NCBI GenBank assembly: GCA_029858305.1
Contig: JAOUFI010000018.1
Coordinates: 1 to 36,339 of the forward strand
Length of the DNA stretch: 36,339 nt
Reading direction: 5' to 3'
From: Candidatus Thorarchaeota archaeon
Lineage (GTDB): Archaea > Asgardarchaeota > Thorarchaeia > Thorarchaeales > Thorarchaeaceae
Part shown: positions 17,001 to 25,767 of the stretch, one piece after another
Layout: each line of letters starts with the position of its first letter
How positions within the stretch are numbered: position 1 is the first letter of the stretch
Notes under the pieces: model-generated
What the model saw: the letters and a program-made list of their open reading frames with translations, nothing else
Databases searched by the model: none
Told to the model about the DNA's origin: nothing
Position numbers and translations under genes: made by a program

Positions 17001-17744
17001 GTGGAGTGGAGTCATTTGTCAGACCAAGGACACTCTGGGATAAAGTTCATAGATAGGGAGCTTAGAAGAATCGATTTCAACATTGGAGGGCTCTCTGTTT
17101 CATTTCCCTTGAATGCAATTCCAGATCAAATGTATGAAGCTATGGCAAATGCTGTGAATAGATCCGTGGATTCTCCTGAAACCTTGAATGAACTCTATGT
17201 GTCAACATTGATGAAGCCAACAGTTTCAACATTAAATGCATCGAATATCTTCCCAATCAACACAGCAAAGAAAATAGTGCGGTTGACCCTCACGGACGAA
17301 GCTCTTCAGGAATCAATTCATGAGCTTGAAGGAGTGGAACTCTCCTTCCAAGGTCGACCATTCGAGGAAACACAGGATGAACGAATCGAACTCTATCAGA
17401 AAATAATGCTTGATGACAGAAAGATAGATCGTTTCAGACTGGGCGCGGTTGAAATGTACGGCGATCAAACATATCAGAATATCCTGAGAGACCCCCGAGT
17501 CACACTAAACATGTTTTGGACGCAGGAGAAGTGGCCTCAAGCGCTTAGTTTTCAGGTCAACTGCGTTGCTGAGATTGTTCCACCTGGGGATCCTTTCTTT
17601 AGATACATGCGACTAATGCGAAGGCTCTTCAGTCAGAAGCTCATTGATCTGAGAGATTCCACTGATTACATTTGTGCCTACAAATTTTGGGTTTGCGAAT
17701 CAAAAGACAAATCACTGGCTGAGAAAGCCGGGTTCGTTCCTTAA
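17001..17744 (+). CDS. Pyridoxamine 5'-phosphate oxidase-like (split-barrel flavin-binding) protein
   Basis: QTYQNILRDPRVTLNMF...SFQVNCVAEI resembles the PNPOx-like 'T..NL..NPrv.l' motif. The start may be TTG 17016. Confidence 0.6.
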   Translation: MEWSHLSDQGHSGIKFIDRELRRIDFNIGGLSVSFPLNAIPDQMYEAMANAVNRSVDSPETLNELYVSTLMKPTVSTLNASNIFPINTAKKIVRLTLTDEALQESIHELEGVELSFQGRPFEETQDERIELYQKIMLDDRKIDRFRLGAVEMYGDQTYQNILRDPRVTLNMFWTQEKWPQALSFQVNCVAEIVPPGDPFFRYMRLMRRLFSQKLIDLRDSTDYICAYKFWVCESKDKSLAEKAGFVP

Positions 17745-17745
17745 G

Positions 17746-20283
17746 CTAATAATTCGTAACTCTCAATAGCTTCGCGGGCAGTTCCTCAACTGAATTGATC
17801 TCCAGAACTACCCCATGAGCCTTCTTTGCTAGACTATCTGCAGCCTGAGGATTATGCTCGTGCGTAGGCACAAGAATGATCATCTTTATCCCTAATGGTT
17901 TCATTCTCTCGGCAAGATCCTCGCAAATTTGCTGGTCACTCAAATACATATCAGAACTGAAGATGAATATTTTCTCTTTTGCTCTGGTGTCCTCGAAATT
18001 TCTAAGAGCAAGCTTCATGGATTCTTGACCACCAGTTCCCCCTCCAGCCCGTGCCTCCAAGAGGTCTGATGCTACCTTTTCGACAGATATGTTCCTGTTT
18101 GCTATTTCCTTAACAACATGTGTCATATTATCAAAAAGGACTACACCAAAATCATCTTTCTTAACTCCATAGAGTCCAGCCATGACAGAGATTGCGAGCA
18201 TTCCAAGTTTCCTTGGTGAGTCCATTGAGCCACTCTTGTCCAAGGCCCAATAGAAGGCACGATGTCCCATATAGGTCTCAGTAACAAGAAAATCTGAGGT
18301 CTCGATGATCTTGAAATTGGTACGACCCTCAGCGAGGAGTAAGTCAATGGTCTCCTCAAGATTAATCAGGTCAATTTCGTCTCCAATTCTAAAGGGCCGG
18401 ACGGTCGTTGATTCTTGGATGCCTCCGAGCATACTTGACCCCATAGTCTGTTTCGCGTATCTCATTCCGAGGTCAATCAGGAGCCTTTTCGCTATTTCAC
18501 GTAATTTCTGCTTGAGCTCAGGAGGTAACTCATCTCTATATGTATACCAGATTTTTATGATGTTCGTGGCAGGACCACCTAGAAGACCTCCAAGTGCCAT
18601 ATTAGCTCGGTCTTTATCATATGCTTGACCAGGAACTCCACTCACTTGAGGTTGATACCCATATCCACGACGTTGCATGCCGGAGCCTTGTGTCCCCATT
18701 GCCGCATGCAGGTCCTCATGAGCTACCGCTCCAAGAGCGCTCTGATTGCCCATCTGTGCAGCGATATCACCAAGTTGTCTCAATTGTTGTTGAGAAAGAC
18801 CAGCTGAAGCTATGAGGCTGTGCAATCGTTCGAAGTCTTTCACTCCAGCTTGTATGAGTTTCTTGATGACCTCAAAGGAGGGATTAACCAATTCCAAGAT
18901 CTCTTCCTCAGTCATCCCCAGTTTCTCGCCAGCCTTTCTGATTGTTTCTGTGGAAGGAACCTGTCCAAGTCTTGATACATGCTTTACAGTCTGTCGAAGA
19001 TGCTGTTTGGTCGGAGAGCGCTCCACAGCCTTGTTTGCCAATTCATTCATTGCTTCGTTCCATTGATCTTTAGTGGCTTGGCTCGGCAGATTCTCTTGAT
19101 GAGGTTGATTCTGAGCAAGAGCAGATCTAAGAAAATCGGAGGGTGATGATCGAGAATCAGCACTTTCAACTAGACTCTGTGTCTGCTTGTTTACCAAGCT
19201 TTCCCAATTTGCGTTATCTCGAGCGTTCTCTGCTAACTGCCGCATATCTACTCTATTGCTGGCTCCAGAATCAAATTGTTGATCGTATTGCATTAGGAGA
19301 TCATCCATAATGTCTTTTCCCGTTGCATCTTTTATTTTATGAGCAAATGCAGCTGCATCACTAAGCGAGAACTGCTGAGGTGCAGCCTTTATGAACTTGT
19401 CAAGATTTTCAGGAACTCTTCCAAGCTCTCTAGCGTAATCAGCAGCCTCACTGAGGTCATCTAAAGCATCTTGCAACTTTTTGTCCATAGCTTTGTGTTG
19501 TTCAGGTGTGAGAGATCCAAGTTCCTCCATATGCTTCAAAGCACGTGCTGCTGTGGTCGTATCTCTCTCTGCAAGTTCTGAAAAACGGTCTTCAATATCA
19601 GAATCTCCTCTAAGAGAACTTGCAGCAATCTGTTCTGCAGCATTCGGCGAGTTGCAGACATCATCAAGACAATCCAACGGTTGCGAGTTCTGAATGTCCT
19701 TTGTCGAGAGACCTCCAAAATGCTCCATGAGCTCTTGAGCTGCGGTTTCTTTCAATTCTTGATCACTTGTTATGCCTCGAAGCACAACCTCGCCATCGGA
19801 AAGGTAATCATGAGCAGCATTATAGAGTCGTTTATCTCGTTTCTTGCGCAGTTTCAACAGATACTCATAGCCTGCTTCAACCTTGTCCTTCTTGATGATT
19901 TTAGCTAGTTCCTGTTCACGTCGTATCTGGTCCATGACCTTGGAGAGAGCATCTGACTTCCCCTGTTGAATAGCAACCTGCTGCTGGTCAGGAGTGGGTT
20001 TCTTCTCCTCCTTTTCTCGGCCTAAGAGAATATCCTCTGCAACCTCTCGTGCAATCTTCTGGTCTGGAGGAAAGGTTGTGTAGATTGCTGCATCGAGGAA
20101 GTCCTCAAGGGTCAACTTCCCATTTCGGAAATAGCGAGCAGAGAGAAGTTGAGGAATTGACTGCGTCTGTCGAACGCTTGGCTTTTTAGTCACATCCTTC
20201 CTCAGGCGCATCCGTTTTGTGAACTCATGGGCAAATAGGGGTGCATTACTTGGGAGAGGAGAGATTTTGGGCTGGGTCGCCAT
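17746..20283 (-). CDS. Large VWA-domain protein (CoxE-like partner of MoxR)
   Basis: C-terminal MIDAS DKSGS...GGGT...SSD, the pre-VWA segment RPFRIGDEIDLINLEETI, and a long helical N-terminal region. Confidence 0.88.
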   Translation of the reverse strand: MATQPKISPLPSNAPLFAHEFTKRMRLRKDVTKKPSVRQTQSIPQLLSARYFRNGKLTLEDFLDAAIYTTFPPDQKIAREVAEDILLGREKEEKKPTPDQQQVAIQQGKSDALSKVMDQIRREQELAKIIKKDKVEAGYEYLLKLRKKRDKRLYNAAHDYLSDGEVVLRGITSDQELKETAAQELMEHFGGLSTKDIQNSQPLDCLDDVCNSPNAAEQIAASSLRGDSDIEDRFSELAERDTTTAARALKHMEELGSLTPEQHKAMDKKLQDALDDLSEAADYARELGRVPENLDKFIKAAPQQFSLSDAAAFAHKIKDATGKDIMDDLLMQYDQQFDSGASNRVDMRQLAENARDNANWESLVNKQTQSLVESADSRSSPSDFLRSALAQNQPHQENLPSQATKDQWNEAMNELANKAVERSPTKQHLRQTVKHVSRLGQVPSTETIRKAGEKLGMTEEEILELVNPSFEVIKKLIQAGVKDFERLHSLIASAGLSQQQLRQLGDIAAQMGNQSALGAVAHEDLHAAMGTQGSGMQRRGYGYQPQVSGVPGQAYDKDRANMALGGLLGGPATNIIKIWYTYRDELPPELKQKLREIAKRLLIDLGMRYAKQTMGSSMLGGIQESTTVRPFRIGDEIDLINLEETIDLLLAEGRTNFKIIETSDFLVTETYMGHRAFYWALDKSGSMDSPRKLGMLAISVMAGLYGVKKDDFGVVLFDNMTHVVKEIANRNISVEKVASDLLEARAGGGTGGQESMKLALRNFEDTRAKEKIFIFSSDMYLSDQQICEDLAERMKPLGIKMIILVPTHEHNPQAADSLAKKAHGVVLEINSVEELPAKLLRVTNY

Positions 20284-20288
20284 TCAGA

Positions 20289-21197
20289 TTAGCTCCCAAG
20301 ACTACTTCGAACCAATGCGTTCACTGCGGGTTCTGCATCGATACCAGGTCTGAAGCGTAAAGCACCGACGAGAACGTATGTTGCTGCCGATGATAGCGTA
20401 GCATGTGAGATGGTCTTCTCCTTCTGACGCTTCGTCATCTCTGCAGAGAGTCTTGCTATGGAGATACCGGCCCGTATGCTTGCAGGAATCTCAATATCCG
20501 TGCTAATACGTGTCGCAGATACAAGTCCATATATTTTCTCTAGAACAGCATCAGAGAGTGTATACTCGGGGCTGTTCATCTTGATAATCTCCAGTTCAGT
20601 TTCCTTGCGCGGGTAACCTAATCGTATCCAGACACGGATACGGTCTCGCAATGCCTCACTCAACCTGTGCGCACCGGACATCTCTTCCGGGTTCATTGTC
20701 AAAACTGGGAAAAATCCCTCGCTTGCCTTTATTCGACCCAATCGTTGAACACTGATGGAGCCTTCCTCAAAGGGATCCAATAATGAGTTCTGCACATACT
20801 CACTGAGCCTGTTCCCCTCATTGAGGCCAAAGACGCCCCCAAAGACCATGCTCTTGAGTAAGGGACCTGGCTCAAAGGCTTCAAGGGAGAAACCCTGATT
20901 GAGGACAATGCTTGGATTGAAAGCGCCAGTCAAATGAGAGGGTCGAACTCCCTCATCACCAGTCACCCAGTAAAGGTCACGGCCAGTTTTTTCGGCGTAG
21001 GCACGTAGGATCAGAGTCTTTCCAACTCCTGGCGGCCCTATAATTCCAGGTATGAGCTTCGCGTTCTCGCAGTCCTCGAGAACATCAAAGGCATCTGCAT
21101 ATTGCTCTTTAATGACAATACGAACCTTTTCCTTCTGAGCTGCTGCTAGCCGTTCCTCGAAGTTTTTCTTAAAATGAAGTATCTCATTCTGCAACAT
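20289..21197 (-). CDS. MoxR-family AAA+ ATPase
   Basis: Walker A GPPGVGKT, PGPL, Walker B region FGLNEGNR, TMNP, LSEALRDR and GYP. It ends 5 nt upstream of the VWA gene. Confidence 0.9.
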   Translation of the reverse strand: MLQNEILHFKKNFEERLAAAQKEKVRIVIKEQYADAFDVLEDCENAKLIPGIIGPPGVGKTLILRAYAEKTGRDLYWVTGDEGVRPSHLTGAFNPSIVLNQGFSLEAFEPGPLLKSMVFGGVFGLNEGNRLSEYVQNSLLDPFEEGSISVQRLGRIKASEGFFPVLTMNPEEMSGAHRLSEALRDRIRVWIRLGYPRKETELEIIKMNSPEYTLSDAVLEKIYGLVSATRISTDIEIPASIRAGISIARLSAEMTKRQKEKTISHATLSSAATYVLVGALRFRPGIDAEPAVNALVRSSLGS

Positions 21198-21304
21198 AAT
21201 GCCCCCATTATATCATACTAGATGTGACCTAGCGGGGTATATATTCATCACTCTTTCAGGTCGAGTGATTTGATAAGGGTTACCCATCCGATGCAAATGC
21301 AAGA

Positions 21305-22288
21305 TTATTTGTCGCCAAGCTCAGGATAGGCATAGAGTGCTGGCTGTCCGCCAGTGTGCCAGAATACTGTTGGTGTATCGGCGGAAATATCCCCATTAAG
21401 GGCCATTCTGATGAGCGCGAGACCTGCCTTTCCAGTATATACCGGGTCAAGGATTATGCCATCCATCTTCGCGAACATATCAAGAGTGGTCTTGACTCCG
21501 TCGCTCAATATTCCATATCCCTCACCAATGAAGCTGTCATTCACATTGATCTTAGGCTTGAAAGCGCAAACCTCTGGGTATTCATCAATGATTCGTGCGA
21601 TGAGATTCTGCACTCGATTCTTTGTTGTTTCAGCATCACTGAGGACGCTCACTCCGATGATATCAATATCAAGGTCAAGTATGTGAGCACCAATGATAAT
21701 GCCAGCCAGAGTCCCTCCTGTTCCAGTTGGCACAAGAATTTTACCAGGCATGAACTGCTCTTCCATGGTCTGGGCAAGAAGTTCCTCCATTGCTATGGCA
21801 TATGGAATTGTTCCAACAGGCATTTCAGCTCCTGCGGGGACCGCATAGGGATTAAGACCAAAGTCCTTTAGGGTCTCTATCACCTCATTCAGTCGAGTAT
21901 TCAACGTCATTAGCCCATCAATGGGATAGAATTTCATCTCCGCGCCTAACATCCGGTCCAAGAGCAAATTGCCTGTGTAGTGTGCTGGTTCCTCTCCACC
22001 CAAAAGAAGAATGCATCGTAGTCCTGTAGCAGCACATGCGGCGGCTGTCTGCCGGCAATGATTACTCTGTATGCCACCTACTGTGACGAGAGTGTCTGCT
22101 TTATTCTTTCGAGCATCACCTAGAACATACTCAAGCTTGCGGACCTTATTACCTCCGAATGATAGACCGGTCAGGTCATCACGTTTTATCCATAGCTCGT
22201 CAAGGCCAATTGAATTTCCTAGATTCTTTAATCTATGAAATGGAGTAGGTAGGAATGCTAGTTTTTCACGTGGGAGATCATTGAACAT
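21305..22288 (-). CDS. PLP-dependent D-cysteine desulfhydrase family protein
   Basis: KRDD, GGNKVRK, QSNH and GTGGT. DPVYTGK and HTGG carry Thr where ACC deaminases have Glu and Leu. Confidence 0.88.
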   Translation of the reverse strand: MFNDLPREKLAFLPTPFHRLKNLGNSIGLDELWIKRDDLTGLSFGGNKVRKLEYVLGDARKNKADTLVTVGGIQSNHCRQTAAACAATGLRCILLLGGEEPAHYTGNLLLDRMLGAEMKFYPIDGLMTLNTRLNEVIETLKDFGLNPYAVPAGAEMPVGTIPYAIAMEELLAQTMEEQFMPGKILVPTGTGGTLAGIIIGAHILDLDIDIIGVSVLSDAETTKNRVQNLIARIIDEYPEVCAFKPKINVNDSFIGEGYGILSDGVKTTLDMFAKMDGIILDPVYTGKAGLALIRMALNGDISADTPTVFWHTGGQPALYAYPELGDK

Positions 22289-22289
22289 T

Positions 22290-22949
22290 TCAACCAGCAG
22301 CTCCTGTCAACCATGAAATCACAACCATCAATATTGCAGTAACAATTCCCGCGAATAGGGTCTTAGCTCCATAAGACCACATATTCTTTTTCGAAACTGC
22401 TCCCAAGAAGAGACCTAATGCAAACAGGAGAGTCATACATATGCCTATAGACATGTAGAACGCAAAATGATACTCAAGAATACCTGTTGGTACAAAAAAT
22501 AGTGGAATGATGATAAGGAAAGCTGCTATTGCTGGAGAAGCACCATCGACAAGTGCCACAACGACTGAGGTAGTTTTTCCTGCTTTTGCATACATTGAGT
22601 CGCTCATATCAGTCAGCATGGCACGACCTAGATCCTCAACCGCGCGGTCTTGTTCTGCACTTTCTGCAAGATAGGAACCACTGAATCCAGAAATTGCCAT
22701 CGCGATGCTGGTTCCAAATGCTGCTAAGAGAATAGCAGAGAATCCAGGTTGAGGATTCAAGGGATTTATTGTTAGGAGACCTCCCAGAATAAGACCAAGC
22801 ATTGTGAGGGCGCCATCAAAGGCATTCATTGCAAGATAACGTCGTGCAATCTCTACGCCCTGAGTAAGCTCCAAAGCCCTCATTAATCGATGAATGAACC
22901 CGCCTTCATGAGCTGGGTATGGACCATTAGTGTCTTCAGTGTCAGCCAC
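22290..22949 (-). CDS. VIT1/CCC1-like membrane protein (archaeal type)
   Basis: RRYLAMNAFDGALTMLG, AMAISG..GSYLAE.AE, and about five TM helices. Confidence 0.85.
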   Translation of the reverse strand: MADTEDTNGPYPAHEGGFIHRLMRALELTQGVEIARRYLAMNAFDGALTMLGLILGGLLTINPLNPQPGFSAILLAAFGTSIAMAISGFSGSYLAESAEQDRAVEDLGRAMLTDMSDSMYAKAGKTTSVVVALVDGASPAIAAFLIIIPLFFVPTGILEYHFAFYMSIGICMTLLFALGLFLGAVSKKNMWSYGAKTLFAGIVTAILMVVISWLTGAAG

Positions 22950-23026
22950 GAAAACCGTTTCTCCATGAGATAGATTTGAGCCTACCTACCTCTGTCTCGT
23001 TATAAGTTCTCTCTCTGTTAAATAAC

Positions 23027-23212
23027 CTACCAAATGAATGTGAAGAGGCCACCATAAAATGCAAGCAATGCAATGAGCAGAACAAGTAAAATGCCTGCAC
23101 ATAATAGATAAAGCCAGCATTCGCAAATGCGTGTGCAGCAGCCTTTGCTTTGTGGAGGTTTTGAAGGTTCTTGAGGGGGTCTATAGTCACCAGGCATTGG
23201 AATCTCAGTCAT
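23027..23212 (-). CDS. Small Pro-rich, Cys-rich single-pass membrane protein (61 aa)
   Basis: ATG 8 nt after tgagg, PPQEPSKPPQ, GCCTRICECW, then a long hydrophobic helix to the C-terminus. Confidence 0.7.
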   Translation of the reverse strand: MTEIPMPGDYRPPQEPSKPPQSKGCCTRICECWLYLLCAGILLVLLIALLAFYGGLFTFIW

Positions 23213-23409
23213 AATATTAGCCTCATTATGTCCTACTGATACGAGTCATCAGAACGCGAATCAGTCTTATGAGGATTGCTGGGGTAAATTAAAGATGCTT
23301 GAATGAATTGAGTCCAGAGTGAGGATAGTAGGCGCATATATTTTAAGCCTTTAAAATGAAAGAGAGTCATTGCATGTAGCAATACTGCACGCGTGATTTG
23401 AGGAGAAGA

Positions 23410-24903
23410 ATGTTGCCAGAGGAAAACAAGGTCTACACAATCTTTGACAGACCCAAAGGACTCAGGTTTGTTGGTCTTCTGCAAATGGCATTTGGAGCTG
23501 TTGGAGTTCTTGCCACTATTGGACTAGTCGTAGCTTCAATCATCGGTAGCACTGAGTTACCAGGGGGAATAGGATACGTCTATGCAATTCTTGTATTCGT
23601 TGGAGTTGCACTTCCATGTTTGGTTATTGGAAACTTCGTAGATGATCTAAGGAGAAATGCAGTAATTGCTCAGATCATTTATAGTCTTGCGGCGATGGGG
23701 CTTGCTGGTCTCTTTCTATTTGTGCGTGGTCTTCAGTACATGTGGACTGTACCACTCTTCGAATTTGAAATTGTGATTGCCATAGGGAATCTTTCTGCAT
23801 TCATAATTATTGCTCAAGCGTTCATCGTTTTGTATCTCGCTCTTGCTTGGGGTAGTGCTGTTCCGCCACCAGGTGCGAAGGTAATACGTGATCGAGGAGA
23901 AGCAAGGAGGTATGAAGAAGGTCTCATCCCCTTGCCATTTACTCCCGCAGTTCTATCCTCAGATGGTATGACTGAACTCTCAGAAGATGAATCAAAACAC
24001 GTTCTTGAGATTCGCAAGGAGTTTACCGAAGAAGGAATGGCAGTTCTTTGTTCCAACTGCGGAGGAGCAACTCCTCTCACTAAGGTGAATAGAAATAGAC
24101 TCCAGTGTGATTATTGCGGCGTCACTCTTGGTGTAAGTAGCATCTTTGTTCCTTGTAACAACCACCCGGAATATCTTGCTGCGACAACATGCGCAGTCTG
24201 TGGAGATCACTTTTGTAGAAAGTGTCTCACAGCTCAAGAACCACCTGTTGACGAACGATGGGCAGGTTCTACCATCTTCATGTGTCGGAAATGCTTCGAA
24301 GGGCGGTATAGACCCGCTGTGACAACCACTTCCTTTGTGATACCTATTGACAAGCTGTTTTCAACCGCAGGTTCAAGATTCGCAACGGTAGGGAGAGTCT
24401 ACGGACGCTTTCTTGGAGCGTATGGCAGTGTAATGAAACATCTATGGCGGCTTCCACTTGAGCTACTTGGCAGCCTTGGCAAGAGCGGAGGAGGTGGTGG
24501 TGGGGACAATTGTGTTGGTGCTCTAATTATGATTGTAATCATAATCATTGCGATACCCATCCTAGCTGGTGTTCTACTCCTCATCGGTGCTATCGTTATC
24601 ATTCCGTTTCTCTTCTATGCGGGTCTAATCGCAGTCACATTCGAAGCTATCAAAGTAATCAGAAAGACAGATTTTCAATCAATAGATAGTATTCGTAATC
24701 AGAGCATTGTCGAGAAGAAGAAGCCAAAGCAGAAGCAATCCAAAATGAGACCTGCTATAAGATCATGGGAAAATGATTATGAAAGAATACCCTCTGAAGC
24801 GCGCAGAAAACAAATGGAAGAGCTTCGACAACGAGAGGAGGAGCGTCGAAGACGTATCTACGAGAACAAAAAGCAAGCTCAGTCATTTTGGGGGGAGAGA
24901 TAG
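23410..24903 (+). CDS. Multi-pass membrane protein with a Zn-ribbon, a B-box-like zinc finger and a charged C-terminal tail
   Basis: Four N-terminal TMs, CSNC..CDYC, CNNHP..CAVC..CRKC..CRKC, a Gly-rich linker, a long hydrophobic segment and an E/R-rich tail. ATG 23410 follows gaggag. Confidence 0.8.
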   Translation: MLPEENKVYTIFDRPKGLRFVGLLQMAFGAVGVLATIGLVVASIIGSTELPGGIGYVYAILVFVGVALPCLVIGNFVDDLRRNAVIAQIIYSLAAMGLAGLFLFVRGLQYMWTVPLFEFEIVIAIGNLSAFIIIAQAFIVLYLALAWGSAVPPPGAKVIRDRGEARRYEEGLIPLPFTPAVLSSDGMTELSEDESKHVLEIRKEFTEEGMAVLCSNCGGATPLTKVNRNRLQCDYCGVTLGVSSIFVPCNNHPEYLAATTCAVCGDHFCRKCLTAQEPPVDERWAGSTIFMCRKCFEGRYRPAVTTTSFVIPIDKLFSTAGSRFATVGRVYGRFLGAYGSVMKHLWRLPLELLGSLGKSGGGGGGDNCVGALIMIVIIIIAIPILAGVLLLIGAIVIIPFLFYAGLIAVTFEAIKVIRKTDFQSIDSIRNQSIVEKKKPKQKQSKMRPAIRSWENDYERIPSEARRKQMEELRQREEERRRRIYENKKQAQSFWGER

Positions 24904-25733
24904 TGACAACAGAACCAGACTTGATTGGCTGCCCCGTGTGCGGAGGTCAAGTACTCATTGAGTCCGATGACAAGGTAAGCCACTGTGCTTATTGTGCGAG
25001 TCCAGTTCTTGGACCAAGTCAGAGTAGAGATTGTGTAAACCATCCAGGTACCCTTGCTAAAGAAGTATGCAATGTATGTGGGGATCTTCTTTGCGAAGAA
25101 TGCTTGGAGAAGCGAGTTGGCGACTATGGCGGCAAGCTCCTTACAATCGTTAACTGTACAAAGCCAATCTGTGTGTCTGAAAGTGATTGGGCGAACCCAC
25201 TGAACGAGGAGTATCAACGTCTAGCCAATATGGATTGGGCTGATAGAGCTGATAATATCATACTTCGAGTCACAGGAGTAGGAGCTGTCATAATGATGGT
25301 TTTTGAACTATTCTTTATCGTTGGTATGCTCTATATGCAATATTTCACATCATTAGGTAGCTTATTTCCAGTATGGACAATAGCTGGAATATCCATTCCT
25401 GGGCTACCAATCATTGTCCTAATGATAATGGGTAACCTACTTTGCGCACTGTTGCTTCAGACCTCTTTACAAGTGTTTGTACATGACCGCCAATTCACTT
25501 CTGGTTTGTTCTTGTTGGTCGTTCTGATCATTGAAGCTGCTTTTCTCCTTTGGAGAGGCCTATATTTCAACCTCAGACAGCTTCCAGAACCAACCTTCCT
25601 GCTCACACTCCTATCAGCATTCATTATAGGAGCATTCTTGATACTGATTGGTTCACTTGGAGCTATCTATATTGGAAACAAGAAACGAATCCAAATGAAA
25701 AACGCAAAGGACAAACTTGGATTATCTGGATGA
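24903..25733 (+). CDS. Membrane protein with N-terminal Zn-ribbon and B-box-like zinc finger and four TMs
   Basis: CPVC..CAYC and CVNHP..CNVC..CEEC..CTKPIC. An in-frame GTG at 24903 overlaps the upstream TAG (TAGTG) and follows a ggggag SD-like site. Confidence 0.8.
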   Translation: MTTEPDLIGCPVCGGQVLIESDDKVSHCAYCASPVLGPSQSRDCVNHPGTLAKEVCNVCGDLLCEECLEKRVGDYGGKLLTIVNCTKPICVSESDWANPLNEEYQRLANMDWADRADNIILRVTGVGAVIMMVFELFFIVGMLYMQYFTSLGSLFPVWTIAGISIPGLPIIVLMIMGNLLCALLLQTSLQVFVHDRQFTSGLFLLVVLIIEAAFLLWRGLYFNLRQLPEPTFLLTLLSAFIIGAFLILIGSLGAIYIGNKKRIQMKNAKDKLGLSG

Positions 25734-25767
25734 TAAAGCGTTGATTGTCACAGGCTTTGAAGAAATC

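Noticed and set aside
21305-22288. ACC deaminase annotation
   Set aside because: The diagnostic Glu and Leu (DPVYEGK, HLGG) are both replaced by Thr.
22942-23190. 82-aa overlapping ORF as an alternative to the 61-aa peptide
   Set aside because: No SD-like site and no coherent features. The 61-aa frame has an ATG, an SD and a clean TM helix.
23221-23274. Nested stems cctcat/atgagg and actgat/atcagt upstream of the micro-protein
   Set aside because: Only two 6-bp stems, plausible by chance, and the likely TSS would fall inside the structure.
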